This document shows positions 18,694 to 27,498 of a DNA stretch of 64,000 nt, piece by piece. The DNA lies in NCBI GenBank assembly GCA_021323955.1, contig JAJPKC010000561.1, positions 8,234 to 72,233 on the forward strand, given 5' to 3'. Source of the stretch: Oscillatoriales cyanobacterium Centralia_MAG_596. Lineage in GTDB: Bacteria; Cyanobacteriota; Cyanobacteriia; Leptolyngbyales; Leptolyngbyaceae. Under the pieces are notes generated by a model. The model ran no database searches. It was not told where the DNA came from and saw only the letters and a program-made list of their open reading frames with translations. The position numbers were made by a program, and so were the translations under genes. Positions within the stretch are counted from its first letter, which is position 1. Each line of letters starts with the position of its first letter.

Positions 18694-20597
18694 TGATTGC
18701 CGCTCTACCCTCAAACCTTAAACAAGCATCCGTGCTGGTGCCGTCGGTGCTGGTCATCGGCGATCGCACTCGCTATTACCACCCAGCTCCAATCGAACGG
18801 CTAACAGTGGCATCCGAAACACCGACGATGCTACGCGTGGCCGGACATAAAAACATCTTTCAGCACAAAGCCTACTGCATCCCCTCTGACACCGAATGGT
18901 TTGAAGGCACGCAACGTCACGACCAGTTCAAGCAAGCGCTAGACGAGCTGGCAAGCTACCTCATGCGACTGGGCAGCTATGCCAAGAATCTGGCCGCTGC
19001 CGGTGGCATCAAGCAAGCGCCTAACCCGCTCACATCCACTGTGATTAGTTGCAAAGACCCAGAAACTGACAACGGTGGATTAACCCTTAATCTCCCCTGG
19101 TACCTCTACACAACCGAAATCCGCTACACACTGGTAACGCACACGCCGAAGATGTTGCGCTACATCTATCCGGGCAGCAGCTATGAATCCATCACCACGC
19201 AGAATGATACCTTTTGCTGTCCCGATGATGCGGCCTGGGAGCAATTTCAAGCGCTGAGACAGGCCGCGATCACGGCATCCAATCACCTTCAGGACTATCT
19301 CAAACAACTCGGCACCTATCAGGAGGCAAAGCAAGATGGACGTTACAACACCAACGGCAGAGCGTATCCAAACCGTGTTGATGAACCTACTCCGGCAGAA
19401 ACCGCGTGCTCTGGAGGAATTGCACCAGCAGATGAACCACTTGCCAGCAGCGCAAGTAACGGAACAACTGGCGCTGCTGGCTCAAAAGAGAGCAGTGAAA
19501 CTGAAAGACAATCTGTATTATCGGTGCAACCCACAGAACTAAGACCGGGCGATCGCGGTTCCATCAGCAGACCAAGACTTGAAGTGGAAAACACAGCAAC
19601 AGTCGCGTCGGAGACAGCGGTGGGGGACTTCGTAGAACTCTACCGCAGCGAAAGCGGCGAGGAACTGCCAGAAACACAGCGCCGACGGGGAAAAGTGGTC
19701 GAGACCTTTGGCCAGAGCTTCCTGCGGGTTCACTATCGAGGGGAGACGTTTGCTGGTGGCAAAGACCAGGCGCAACGGTTTCGTAAGCTGCCCGATCGCG
19801 ACCCGCTGCCTTACCCCACTCAGCCCGTGCGAGCTGCCAGCCGGGGAGAAGAAGTGGTTGTCACAGCGCCAGATAACCCCTGCTATGGCGAAATCTTCAC
19901 CGTTCATGCCGTTTCCATTTTTGGCGTGTTTCGAGCAGATAATGACTTCTTCTACGATGAAGAATTGGGTTACCGGGTTGATGAGGACGATCCATACATT
20001 CAGCCAGTTTCACCTAATCGAGACGAGGCGTTTACGGTCACGCTCGAGCCTGGTGACTTGGTGCAGGTGATGGCTGACGACGATTTGTATGAAGCGATCG
20101 TCACCGTCTATCGCAATCTCCCCACTTTTGAAGTCGAAATTGATTATCAAGGACTGCTCCTCGCCTATCCCCGACATAGCCTCAGACTGTATGAACGAGC
20201 AACGCCAGAGTCACTCGCCTATCTCGCATCGAGGCATTCCATTCTTGCTCCCACAGAACCAACGTTGCAGCAGAGACGGGAAGACCTGTTGGCTCAGATA
20301 GATCGGATCCGTCAATCGGGCCCTGTAGCACCAGCAGGAGCTGAGTGGAAGCGCTACCGCAAAACTAAGACCATTGGGAAAGGCGATCACGCTCAAACCG
20401 TGACATACCCAACGGACGGTGGTTACTACTACACGGTCTGGCACCGTGATGCTATTTTCATGAACCAGGGCAAGCTAGTGAAATCCCTTCAGGTCGGCAC
20501 AAACGGTTCAGATAGCTACAAAGACTGGCAGCAGCGTTTCGAGCGCAGACGGGCGATTAAACAGTTACAGAAGGAGTTAAGCGCGATTAGTCAGTAG
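18693..20597 (+). CDS. large multidomain hypothetical protein
   Basis: 634 aa; duplicated N-terminal module and several KOW/SH3-like GDxV segments. Confidence 0.7.
   Translation: MIAALPSNLKQASVLVPSVLVIGDRTRYYHPAPIERLTVASETPTMLRVAGHKNIFQHKAYCIPSDTEWFEGTQRHDQFKQALDELASYLMRLGSYAKNLAAAGGIKQAPNPLTSTVISCKDPETDNGGLTLNLPWYLYTTEIRYTLVTHTPKMLRYIYPGSSYESITTQNDTFCCPDDAAWEQFQALRQAAITASNHLQDYLKQLGTYQEAKQDGRYNTNGRAYPNRVDEPTPAETACSGGIAPADEPLASSASNGTTGAAGSKESSETERQSVLSVQPTELRPGDRGSISRPRLEVENTATVASETAVGDFVELYRSESGEELPETQRRRGKVVETFGQSFLRVHYRGETFAGGKDQAQRFRKLPDRDPLPYPTQPVRAASRGEEVVVTAPDNPCYGEIFTVHAVSIFGVFRADNDFFYDEELGYRVDEDDPYIQPVSPNRDEAFTVTLEPGDLVQVMADDDLYEAIVTVYRNLPTFEVEIDYQGLLLAYPRHSLRLYERATPESLAYLASRHSILAPTEPTLQQRREDLLAQIDRIRQSGPVAPAGAEWKRYRKTKTIGKGDHAQTVTYPTDGGYYYTVWHRDAIFMNQGKLVKSLQVGTNGSDSYKDWQQRFERRRAIKQLQKELSAISQ
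19336..19542 (+). CDS. nested out-of-frame winged-helix-like protein
   Basis: AGGAGG at 19321-19326, 9 nt before ATG; helix-helix-helix-wing pattern; host frame here is low-complexity linker. Confidence 0.5.
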   Translation: MDVTTPTAERIQTVLMNLLRQKPRALEELHQQMNHLPAAQVTEQLALLAQKRAVKLKDNLYYRCNPQN

Positions 20598-20626
20598 CAC
20601 CAAAGCTTTTATTAATTACTTGGTTG

Positions 20627-20657
20627 ACAGCACTGGCAAGGTCAGTGCTGTTTTTTT
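20627..20657 (+). terminator. intrinsic terminator ending the early operon
   Basis: ACAGCACTG-N7-CAGTGCTGT followed by a T run. Confidence 0.85.
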
Positions 20658-20842
20658 GTTTGCTTAAATAACTAAATTTTTATTTTTTGCAATCCCTGCG
20701 CTGTGCCTACAGCTATAGCTTGCTAAGCATTTCCGATTAAATCAGTTGATCAACTAACTCAATTTAAAGCCAACTCTCCACTTGCATTGAAAGGGCAGTG
20801 GAAGGTATTTAGAAGCAGCTACTCAATAGTAATTAAAAACAA

Positions 20843-21406
20843 CTAATTGCTAAGAGGAAACGAGATTGCCTGGAATCCGTTCCGGTCCAATAGCGAGCGC
20901 ATTGTCGTAATCTGGCTCTGGCTGAAGGTCTGGTTGAAGCCTTGGAGTGCCGCAAACAAATTACTAATACAGCTTTGCAATGCCGGCAGGCTTGGTGAGG
21001 GCGTCGTTAACGCGCTGACAAAATCGCCGTAAGCATTGGCGATCGGCAGGTTCTGATCACTGAGCGAACGCACAAACAGAAACACGCTAAGGCCGTCCGG
21101 TGATAGTAGCTCATTGTAAAGGCCGATATACTGCGGCTGTGGATCTGGTGCAGGGGTGTTAGCGGTTTCAAAGGTGGTTTGATACTGCGCCTTCTTTGCT
21201 AAGTAACCATCCCCTTCGGGCCAGGGCATCGCGTCAGCCCATTGACTGCTGCCATCAAAAAGTATATGCCGGATGTTGGGCACATATTCACGCCCAGTCG
21301 CCCCTTCTGGTAAAACGTAGCCTGGTTCCTGTTGTTGAAAAAACAGTAAGGGGAGGCATAACTCGTTGATGTAAATTAAACCATCGGGATGATGTCTGAA
21401 ACTCAT
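20843..21406 (-). CDS. putative tail fibre-associated / chaperone protein
   Basis: Last gene of the virion module, coupled to the fibre gene. Confidence 0.55.
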   Translation of the reverse strand: MSFRHHPDGLIYINELCLPLLFFQQQEPGYVLPEGATGREYVPNIRHILFDGSSQWADAMPWPEGDGYLAKKAQYQTTFETANTPAPDPQPQYIGLYNELLSPDGLSVFLFVRSLSDQNLPIANAYGDFVSALTTPSPSLPALQSCISNLFAALQGFNQTFSQSQITTMRSLLDRNGFQAISFPLSN

Positions 21407-22155
21407 CGCGCCCCTGCTGAAATAATAAAATGTTCGATTTGAGATGGCTGCATTGTATTGTGCGCCCCGCCCCCACCTGTACTGTTAGAAGTCTGACCGG
21501 TTGTTTGATTGGTGCCAGCTGCTTGGAATGACACAGTACCCCCAGTACCCATTGAGGTCTGTAGGGGAACGGGGTGAAAGTGGGATGGTAGCTCAGCCGT
21601 CGTCAGAGTGTGACTTTCTTCCCCAATCTGCGCGTGTTGTGTTCGGGCGGTCAAGCCGGAACCTGCGCCAGCGCTGATAAACCCTCGCCCCCTGACATCA
21701 GGCAGCGTCAGCCGACGATTGGCTGCATAATCACTGGCAGCGCTTGATCCACGACTGGCTGCGTTACCAGAGGAATCCAAGAGTGGGCATTGCGTGTTTG
21801 AATACTGGTTCCAGATGTGCGTGAACAGGGTCGCCGTCCAGGTAGCGGCGATCGCCGCGCCACTGCTGGCATTCCCGATCGTGCGAATGGTATCGCTGGT
21901 GAGATAGACCCACTTTCCATCGAAGTCGTCAAAGTAGCCCTGTGATAGACCAGTTGTGCCGGTGTAAAAATAGCCAACGCCGACTGTTCGTGTGTAAGTG
22001 CTGACATCCTGTCCAATACACACCACAACCCCACCACTGGTTTTGAGGTAGACTTTGCCGTCAGCCGCGTTAATTGCCAACTCACCGATTGCAAGCTGCG
22101 CCGTGGATGGCACGCTGCCAGCGTTTGTGGATCGTTTGAGCTGAATTGTACCCAT
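21403..22155 (-). CDS. tail fibre / tail-collar domain protein
   Basis: Mtd_N-like IQLKRS..GELAIN N-terminus; collar-like LTLPDVRGR..GEESHTLTTAELPSH..AHNTMQP. Confidence 0.75.
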   Translation of the reverse strand: MGTIQLKRSTNAGSVPSTAQLAIGELAINAADGKVYLKTSGGVVVCIGQDVSTYTRTVGVGYFYTGTTGLSQGYFDDFDGKWVYLTSDTIRTIGNASSGAAIAATWTATLFTHIWNQYSNTQCPLLDSSGNAASRGSSAASDYAANRRLTLPDVRGRGFISAGAGSGLTARTQHAQIGEESHTLTTAELPSHFHPVPLQTSMGTGGTVSFQAAGTNQTTGQTSNSTGGGGAHNTMQPSQIEHFIISAGAR

Positions 22156-23126
22156 TAGAAGGTGCCACCGTCGATCGTCGATGCGGGTGAGAGGTAATCT
22201 GTTCCGGCGACCGCTGCACTATAGGTTGTAGCCCCGTCACCCTTCACTAAGCCATTAATCACTGAACTGAGGCCCAAACCACCATTGGCAAAGCCCAGGA
22301 TGCCTGTCACAGCATTGGTGTTACCCAATGGCAGCGCGCCATAGCCGGCTGATCCAGACCCGTTGCTCAAAATGACCTGATTAGCGGTGGTTGAGCTTTT
22401 GATCGCGAGCTGGTTGGAGCCGTTCGCGTAGATGGTGACGTTATCAAACAGGACGTTCAGCGTGTTGACACTGCGCTGAATCGCCGTTCCAGCCACAATG
22501 CCACCAGCGCCGGGGAACGGGATGAAGTTCAGGCTCGTGGTGCCCAGCGTGATCGGGTCTTGCGTTTGCAGGAACCAGACCGTATCGGCGTTGCTGGTGC
22601 CTTCAGTAACGGTCACGATCATGCCGCTGGTCACATCGGCGGAAATGTTGGCATCGGCGGAGCGGGTGAGTGCTGACGATGCGCCATTCCAGACGTAAAT
22701 CCCATTTTGCGAGCCGGTTGTTTGCCCAAATAGCGCGATGCGATCAACGCCGCTATTGGTCAACGTGACCCCATCAAACGCCGCGCCGGGACTGGCAATA
22801 TTGACGTTGGTAGTGACAGCGACACGCACCGAGTCCTTAATGTCTTTGGCCTGCAGGATCGCCGCGATCGCCGCCTGTACATAGGCAGTGCTGGCAATCT
22901 GCGTGCTGTTGGTGCCCGTGCTTGCTGTGGGGCAGGTCGGTATGCCCGTAAATGCAGGCGAGGCTAGTTTGGCAAACACACCCGCACCACCGATCGCCTC
23001 GACAGTCGTATCTGATCGACCGACAAACAGGGTGTCTGATGCCTGCGAAAACGCCAATTCCCCAAACTGCAAGCCAGTGGGCGTATTGGTCGATTGTGAT
23101 CGCTTGATTTGTACTGTGTTAACCAT
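22155..23126 (-). CDS. tail fibre / receptor-binding protein
   Basis: Mtd_N-like VQIKRS..GELAFS; SVRVA..GQTTGSQNGIYVWNG..LTRSADA module seen in phage fibres. Confidence 0.7.
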   Translation of the reverse strand: MVNTVQIKRSQSTNTPTGLQFGELAFSQASDTLFVGRSDTTVEAIGGAGVFAKLASPAFTGIPTCPTASTGTNSTQIASTAYVQAAIAAILQAKDIKDSVRVAVTTNVNIASPGAAFDGVTLTNSGVDRIALFGQTTGSQNGIYVWNGASSALTRSADANISADVTSGMIVTVTEGTSNADTVWFLQTQDPITLGTTSLNFIPFPGAGGIVAGTAIQRSVNTLNVLFDNVTIYANGSNQLAIKSSTTANQVILSNGSGSAGYGALPLGNTNAVTGILGFANGGLGLSSVINGLVKGDGATTYSAAVAGTDYLSPASTIDGGTF

Positions 23127-23440
23127 CAGAATTCGCCTCCATCAAGGCTCGTGGTTGTGAAATAGCGAATCCCGTTACTGACCAGCAATCCCGCACCAGG
23201 AGCAGCGCTTTCGAGACTGTCTAGCGTGTCTGTGTGAGGCTGCTTTGTGCTGAGTACTGCCTCCAGGTCAGTCTGTTGGCTTAAATCCCCGGTGATGTTC
23301 CCCCAACGAGAATCGGCGTTTTTCCCTGGGACTCCGGCTGTGCTGTGAATTGCCGTTACTTTTGCCACCGGACTGCTGTGAACGATCGCCACCTCCGGTC
23401 GCACAATCACAGTTGTTGTTTGGCGTACAGTTTCGGTCAT
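23126..23440 (-). CDS. virion-associated hypothetical protein
   Basis: WGNITGDLSQQTDL motif common in fibre-associated proteins. Confidence 0.55.
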   Translation of the reverse strand: MTETVRQTTTVIVRPEVAIVHSSPVAKVTAIHSTAGVPGKNADSRWGNITGDLSQQTDLEAVLSTKQPHTDTLDSLESAAPGAGLLVSNGIRYFTTTSLDGGEF

Positions 23441-24054
23441 GGCGTCACAGTCGCGGGGGGCAGAATCTGGGGATAGACTACAATCAGCCCTTTGTAGGGA
23501 CTTTCAACCCGATCATCGGGATAGATAATTTCCATCTCCCAGTCATAATCATTTGACTGCCGTTGCCGGGTTTGTAGAACCTCATCAGTGATGATGGTCC
23601 CAACGGACAAGTTGGCAGGCAATAAGCTGGTCTGGGTGTGGAGCAACATCAGGTCGATCCGCCCACTTAGTGGATCCGTATCGAAGACAGGTGTCAATTG
23701 GCTGGGACTGGTGGAAGTCTGCAATTTGCCCTTAATGGGGGCGCTGGCTGTACAGCCCGTCAGATCCGCACAGATCCAGCCTTTGGTTTTCTTGGCAATG
23801 GGTAGTGGGGTGGGATCAATCGGCAAAGACACCGCACCCACGTCCACCGCTGCACTTACGGTCAGCACCAGGTCATCCCCTAGCAGCAGCTTCCTGCCAC
23901 TGGCGATCGCCTGCCGGATGGGCTCTACCGAAATCGCTACTGCCCCAGCCAATACATCAGTCGTCGTGCGAATCACGTCTCCCTGCAACAGCGTTACAGA
24001 AAGGACGTAACTGGCACCTTGCTTGATGTACAGGTTGAGGTCAGCAGGAATCAC
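23437..24054 (-). CDS. virion-associated protein (BppU-like beta sandwich)
   Basis: LNLYIKQGASY..DLTGCTASAPI..GRIDLML..YDWEMEI pattern. Confidence 0.55.
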   Translation of the reverse strand: MIPADLNLYIKQGASYVLSVTLLQGDVIRTTTDVLAGAVAISVEPIRQAIASGRKLLLGDDLVLTVSAAVDVGAVSLPIDPTPLPIAKKTKGWICADLTGCTASAPIKGKLQTSTSPSQLTPVFDTDPLSGRIDLMLLHTQTSLLPANLSVGTIITDEVLQTRQRQSNDYDWEMEIIYPDDRVESPYKGLIVVYPQILPPATVTP

Positions 24055-24416
24055 GGCGTTAGCCCTTCCTTCTCCAGAATCAGTGGAATGGCATCGGCCC
24101 AGCCGCCTTTCGGCTTCTCAGGCATCTCCAATTCCTTGGCAATCCGCTCGATATTGCGCCAACCCTGGTCTTCCTTCAACAGGGATTCCAGTTGCGCTTT
24201 ACGAGCCTCATACGGCGTTGGTTCTGTGGGTGAGAGGGGAGGCAGATCTGAATCCGGGGCGATCGTCGGTGCAGTGTCCGCTGTTGCAGGTGGCTGGCGT
24301 TCCAACGCCCAACCCTTTGCCGCCCAGGCTGGATAATCCACGCCATGAACGTGCTTGGTCTGACCGTCTTTGTAAATAGGAAACGGATCGATGGGTTGAG
24401 GCATAGGAATTAGCAA
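24051..24416 (-). CDS. hypothetical head-region protein
   Basis: Coupled ORF downstream of capsid genes; Pro-rich linker. Confidence 0.55.
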   Translation of the reverse strand: MLIPMPQPIDPFPIYKDGQTKHVHGVDYPAWAAKGWALERQPPATADTAPTIAPDSDLPPLSPTEPTPYEARKAQLESLLKEDQGWRNIERIAKELEMPEKPKGGWADAIPLILEKEGLTP

Positions 24417-24829
24417 TCAGAATCAGGAGCAAGGAACGCACCATAGGACAGGTCGCCAGGGGTGCCTGTCTTCGTTGCTTTAACGCGAACATACGACGCA
24501 TTTGGAATGACCGCTTCTACTGCACCACCGGACAGCGCAATTTCAAGCTGGCTCAGTACGCCCGTCAGGACGAGCGAGTTCCCAACCTGGTAGAAGGTGA
24601 CGTTATCGGCTGAAAATTCCACATCCACCGCCCATTGCGCCGTAGGAGACACATAGCCTGTGTAGCCAGTAACATTAATGACGGCTTTGAATTCCAGTTG
24701 TTTGTTCGCGGGAAAGGCGATGGCGGTTTCAGCAGTGGTCGCTGAGACGGCGGTTGCCGCCTGGTCGCGCAGTTGCAGGTTGAGGTCAAACTGTGTTGCG
24801 CGACGGTTAGGGAGAGTAGAACGAGGCAT
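24410..24829 (-). CDS. capsid decoration / minor capsid protein
   Basis: Beta-rich 139-aa protein immediately after the capsid gene. Confidence 0.6.
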   Translation of the reverse strand: MPRSTLPNRRATQFDLNLQLRDQAATAVSATTAETAIAFPANKQLEFKAVINVTGYTGYVSPTAQWAVDVEFSADNVTFYQVGNSLVLTGVLSQLEIALSGGAVEAVIPNASYVRVKATKTGTPGDLSYGAFLAPDSDC

Positions 24830-24843
24830 GAGTGTCTCCTGAA

Positions 24844-24885
24844 GGATGAAGGCTAAAGGATGAAGGCTAAAGGCTAAAAGCTAAA
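24844..24885. repeat. heptamer tandem array (GGATGAA/GGCTAAA), STRR-like
   Basis: GGATGAA GGCTAAA GGATGAA GGCTAAA GGCTAAA AGCTAAA. Confidence 0.85.
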
Positions 24886-24888
24886 AAC

Positions 24889-25824
24889 TTACACAATCAC
24901 AGGTGCATTGGTGATGCCGCGTAGACGGGACACCGAACGACCATGCTTGACAGTGATGGCAACATCCCATTCAACGCGCGTGCGGTAGGCAGGCTTGGTT
25001 TCCAGTTCGCCAAGGTCACGAACGCTAATGCCAAAATTGCCTTTGATTTTGCCCTGGATGCCGCTGACCATCTGATCGCCAAAACTGACGACATAGATGG
25101 AGGTGCAAAGGGTGCTGGAGCCGTCGCCGCTGGCTTCAGTGAAGGGCATGATATCTGCGCCGGTGTTGTCGTAATCGGCAATCAGAATGGGTAAGCCCTG
25201 GTAGTACATCACCTTTTGCCCAAACTGATTGAGTTCGTAGTTGATGTGACCAGACACATAGGGGTTCCGCGCTGCGGCTGTGATCAGGCGGCGCATCCCT
25301 TTATTCATGATTAATGCGCTTGGCATATCAACCTGGTCAATGGCCGCATCCAATTGCAGTAAGCTCAAAGGGCCACCAGCCATTGCGTTATCAAGCAATT
25401 GGGTACCACCAACACGCATCTGTAGCCCGTCAAAGGCGCGAGGGTTAGCGCGGCTATCGCCTTTGATAAAGTTGCGCGTCCAGGCCAAGCTCAAGGCCTT
25501 GACCTTCATCAATTCCTGGGAGGAGCGTTCCTGGTCGCCTTTTTGATCCACGATCGCGCGGTCAACGTCCAGGTCGCCACCGGCTGTCTTCAGTGCTTCA
25601 CTTTGAGGGTTGAGAATGCCTGTGCTGGCATCAAAGCCTTCATTGATACCGCGAAAGCCAATCCCAGGAAGTGTATCTTCCCGGTTGTAATGTTCGCCAG
25701 AGCCTTCAATGTTGCGGAACGGAATTGCTTGGAGGATATCGGACGTGGCAGCGTATTCTTCAATAATCGTCGCCGTGCCCATGTCAGGAGCCAGTTTTGC
25801 GGCTTCCAAAAGGGTTAATGACAT
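24889..25824 (-). CDS. major capsid protein (HK97-like fold)
   Basis: MSLTLLEAAKL..SDILQAIPF..YNREDTLPGIGFRGINEG..GGDLDVD..FDGL; follows scaffold. Confidence 0.85.
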   Translation of the reverse strand: MSLTLLEAAKLAPDMGTATIIEEYAATSDILQAIPFRNIEGSGEHYNREDTLPGIGFRGINEGFDASTGILNPQSEALKTAGGDLDVDRAIVDQKGDQERSSQELMKVKALSLAWTRNFIKGDSRANPRAFDGLQMRVGGTQLLDNAMAGGPLSLLQLDAAIDQVDMPSALIMNKGMRRLITAAARNPYVSGHINYELNQFGQKVMYYQGLPILIADYDNTGADIMPFTEASGDGSSTLCTSIYVVSFGDQMVSGIQGKIKGNFGISVRDLGELETKPAYRTRVEWDVAITVKHGRSVSRLRGITNAPVIV

Positions 25825-25950
25825 CGGTGTTCACCTGTAAATTCTGTGGTTGGTTGCGTTCCCGTTGGTGAAGGCATCCCGCCATTGCCAGAGGGGTGTT
25901 TGCCCGATGACATCCCGTCGATCGAGGCGCTTGAACGTGTTATTCCCACG

Positions 25951-26010
25951 GGAGTAGGAGTGAGGGGAGTAGGAGTGAGGGGAGTAAGAGTGAGGGGAGT
26001 AGGGTGTAGG
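25951..26010. repeat. 4 x 15-bp tandem repeat GGAGTAGGAGTGAGG
   Basis: Two exact and two degenerate units upstream of the capsid gene. Confidence 0.85.
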
Positions 26011-26019
26011 GGAAGCTCA

Positions 26020-26047
26020 TTCAGCCTTTAGCCTTCATCCCTCATCC
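26020..26047. repeat. heptamer array, inverted relative to 24844-24885
   Basis: TTCAGCC TTTAGCC TTCATCC CTCATCC. Confidence 0.8.
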
Positions 26048-26267
26048 TTTGCCAGTAGAAGCGTTCAACTCGTCCCTCAAACCACAACAGTTGGTAGTTT
26101 GAGAGATGTTTGTCTTTAGCGGCAAAGTGAAAATGCTTGTCTTTGCTACGCACGTACCAGTAGCAATGGGGAATCTCGGTTTTGACTGTCCAGCGCACTT
26201 TGAATTGCACGTCTGACCAGTGCAAAGCCTTTTGGGTAAGGGCTACGAACAAACAATTGCTTCTCAT
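26028..26267 (-). CDS. small hypothetical protein (SNC...H.YW)
   Basis: 79-aa ORF between scaffold and capsid genes. Confidence 0.55.
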   Translation of the reverse strand: MRSNCLFVALTQKALHWSDVQFKVRWTVKTEIPHCYWYVRSKDKHFHFAAKDKHLSNYQLLWFEGRVERFYWQRMRDEG

Positions 26268-26279
26268 AGCCCTTACGCC

Positions 26280-27116
26280 CTAACCCGCTGCTTGCTGACG
26301 GGCAATAGTCAACCGTTCCGATCGCGGCAATTTGCTCCAGTCTTCGCGGGTATTGCCAAAGCCATTGCCACTACCAGGAGGCATCCCCCCACCTGCGCCG
26401 CGAGCTTGCGGCTCAAAGCAATGCCCTAATACCGGGTCATTTCGCAGACTCTCGAAATATTCTTTGGGAGTCATCGGCTTAGTTGCATCCGTCTTGCTAA
26501 ACAGGCGAGTGCCGTTAGCATCAATCACTTCCACTTGCCCTTTATCGTTGAGCCGCAGGTTCTTGCTAACGACGGACAGCAGGCTATCAAAGAAAGTAAT
26601 GCCTGCATCACCTGCACCGCTGCGTCCCTTTGCTGCCTGGAAAGCTTTCTCGGCTTCGGTGCGCTTCACCAGGTCGAGGTACTTGCCCTCAAACTCTTTT
26701 GTCTTGGTCATTTCAGCTTGAAGCTTGGTAGACCACTCCGTTTCCACTTCGTTACGAATGGTGATCTTCTGCTTATTCCATTCCTCTGCTTGCTGCTGCA
26801 ATTGTTCAAACTGCTTGTATTTCTCCGGATCCATTCCTTTGACGGATTCCTGCAGTTGCTTCAGTAAGCGGTCCGATTCTTTGTTGCGTTTGCGCTCTGC
26901 TTCCAGGGCTGCTTTTAAGCCTGAAACGTCTTCAGGTGGCGTAGAATCGGCTGCCGGTGTTGGTGTGGGAGCAGGGGCAGGGGCTGGATCGCCGCCGCCA
27001 GCGCCAGAACCATCATCGGCATTGAAAAAAATCGATGGACGGAACAAACGTCCAGAGCCTTGAAAGACCTCCGGGAACATCCCGTAACCAGAGGGTTGAT
27101 TGAAGTGATAAGACAT
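26280..27116 (-). CDS. capsid scaffolding protein
   Basis: Gly/Pro N-terminus, EDVSGLKAALEAERK coiled coil, GGMPPG tail; upstream of capsid. Confidence 0.8.
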   Translation of the reverse strand: MSYHFNQPSGYGMFPEVFQGSGRLFRPSIFFNADDGSGAGGGDPAPAPAPTPTPAADSTPPEDVSGLKAALEAERKRNKESDRLLKQLQESVKGMDPEKYKQFEQLQQQAEEWNKQKITIRNEVETEWSTKLQAEMTKTKEFEGKYLDLVKRTEAEKAFQAAKGRSGAGDAGITFFDSLLSVVSKNLRLNDKGQVEVIDANGTRLFSKTDATKPMTPKEYFESLRNDPVLGHCFEPQARGAGGGMPPGSGNGFGNTREDWSKLPRSERLTIARQQAAG

Positions 27117-27138
27117 AGGGCATCCCGCCGCTAGAGTA

Positions 27139-27155
27139 TGCCCTGGAGTTCCCCC
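27139..27155 (-). promoter_or_regulatory. putative late promoter (extended J-box-like)
   Basis: GGGGGAACTCCAGGGCA upstream of scaffold ATG. Confidence 0.7.
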
Positions 27156-27218
27156 ACAGCGATTGGTCGATTGACGCTGTTGCTCGTATCACCAATTTGG
27201 TTTGATGGTTGAGCGTCA

Positions 27219-27494
27219 CTAACTCGCACTAATGCCATCGACCCAACCGCGCAACCCGCCAGAATCGCTGACAACGACGCTATTGGGTAGTTGTCCAGAG
27301 CTGAGCGAGTTGGTCGGCACAGCGTTGCCATCAACGTCAACCATCAACACTCCCTGATCAGCGTTAAACCCCAGCGGTGTGCCTGCACGTTGCTGATTGC
27401 GTGCAGTCTGTACTCGCGCCCTGGCCGCCTGCTGTACTGCAAACTGAGCGCGATTATCCGATCGTTGTTGGGCCAGTAATTCTAAAACGTCCAT
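27219..27494 (-). CDS. small tail-tip protein, paralog of the N-terminus of the upstream gene
   Basis: DVLELLAQQRSDNRAQFA vs DVLQLLANQRSLNRANFA. Confidence 0.6.
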   Translation of the reverse strand: MDVLELLAQQRSDNRAQFAVQQAARARVQTARNQQRAGTPLGFNADQGVLMVDVDGNAVPTNSLSSGQLPNSVVVSDSGGLRGWVDGISAS

Positions 27495-27498
27495 AGCT

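Noticed and set aside
21403-23126. Diversity-generating retroelement targeting the Mtd-like fibres
   Set aside because: No reverse transcriptase and no template/variable repeat pair found in the window
25846-26031. ORF with GVRG repeats
   Set aside because: Artefact of the 15-bp tandem repeat, antisense to the capsid upstream region
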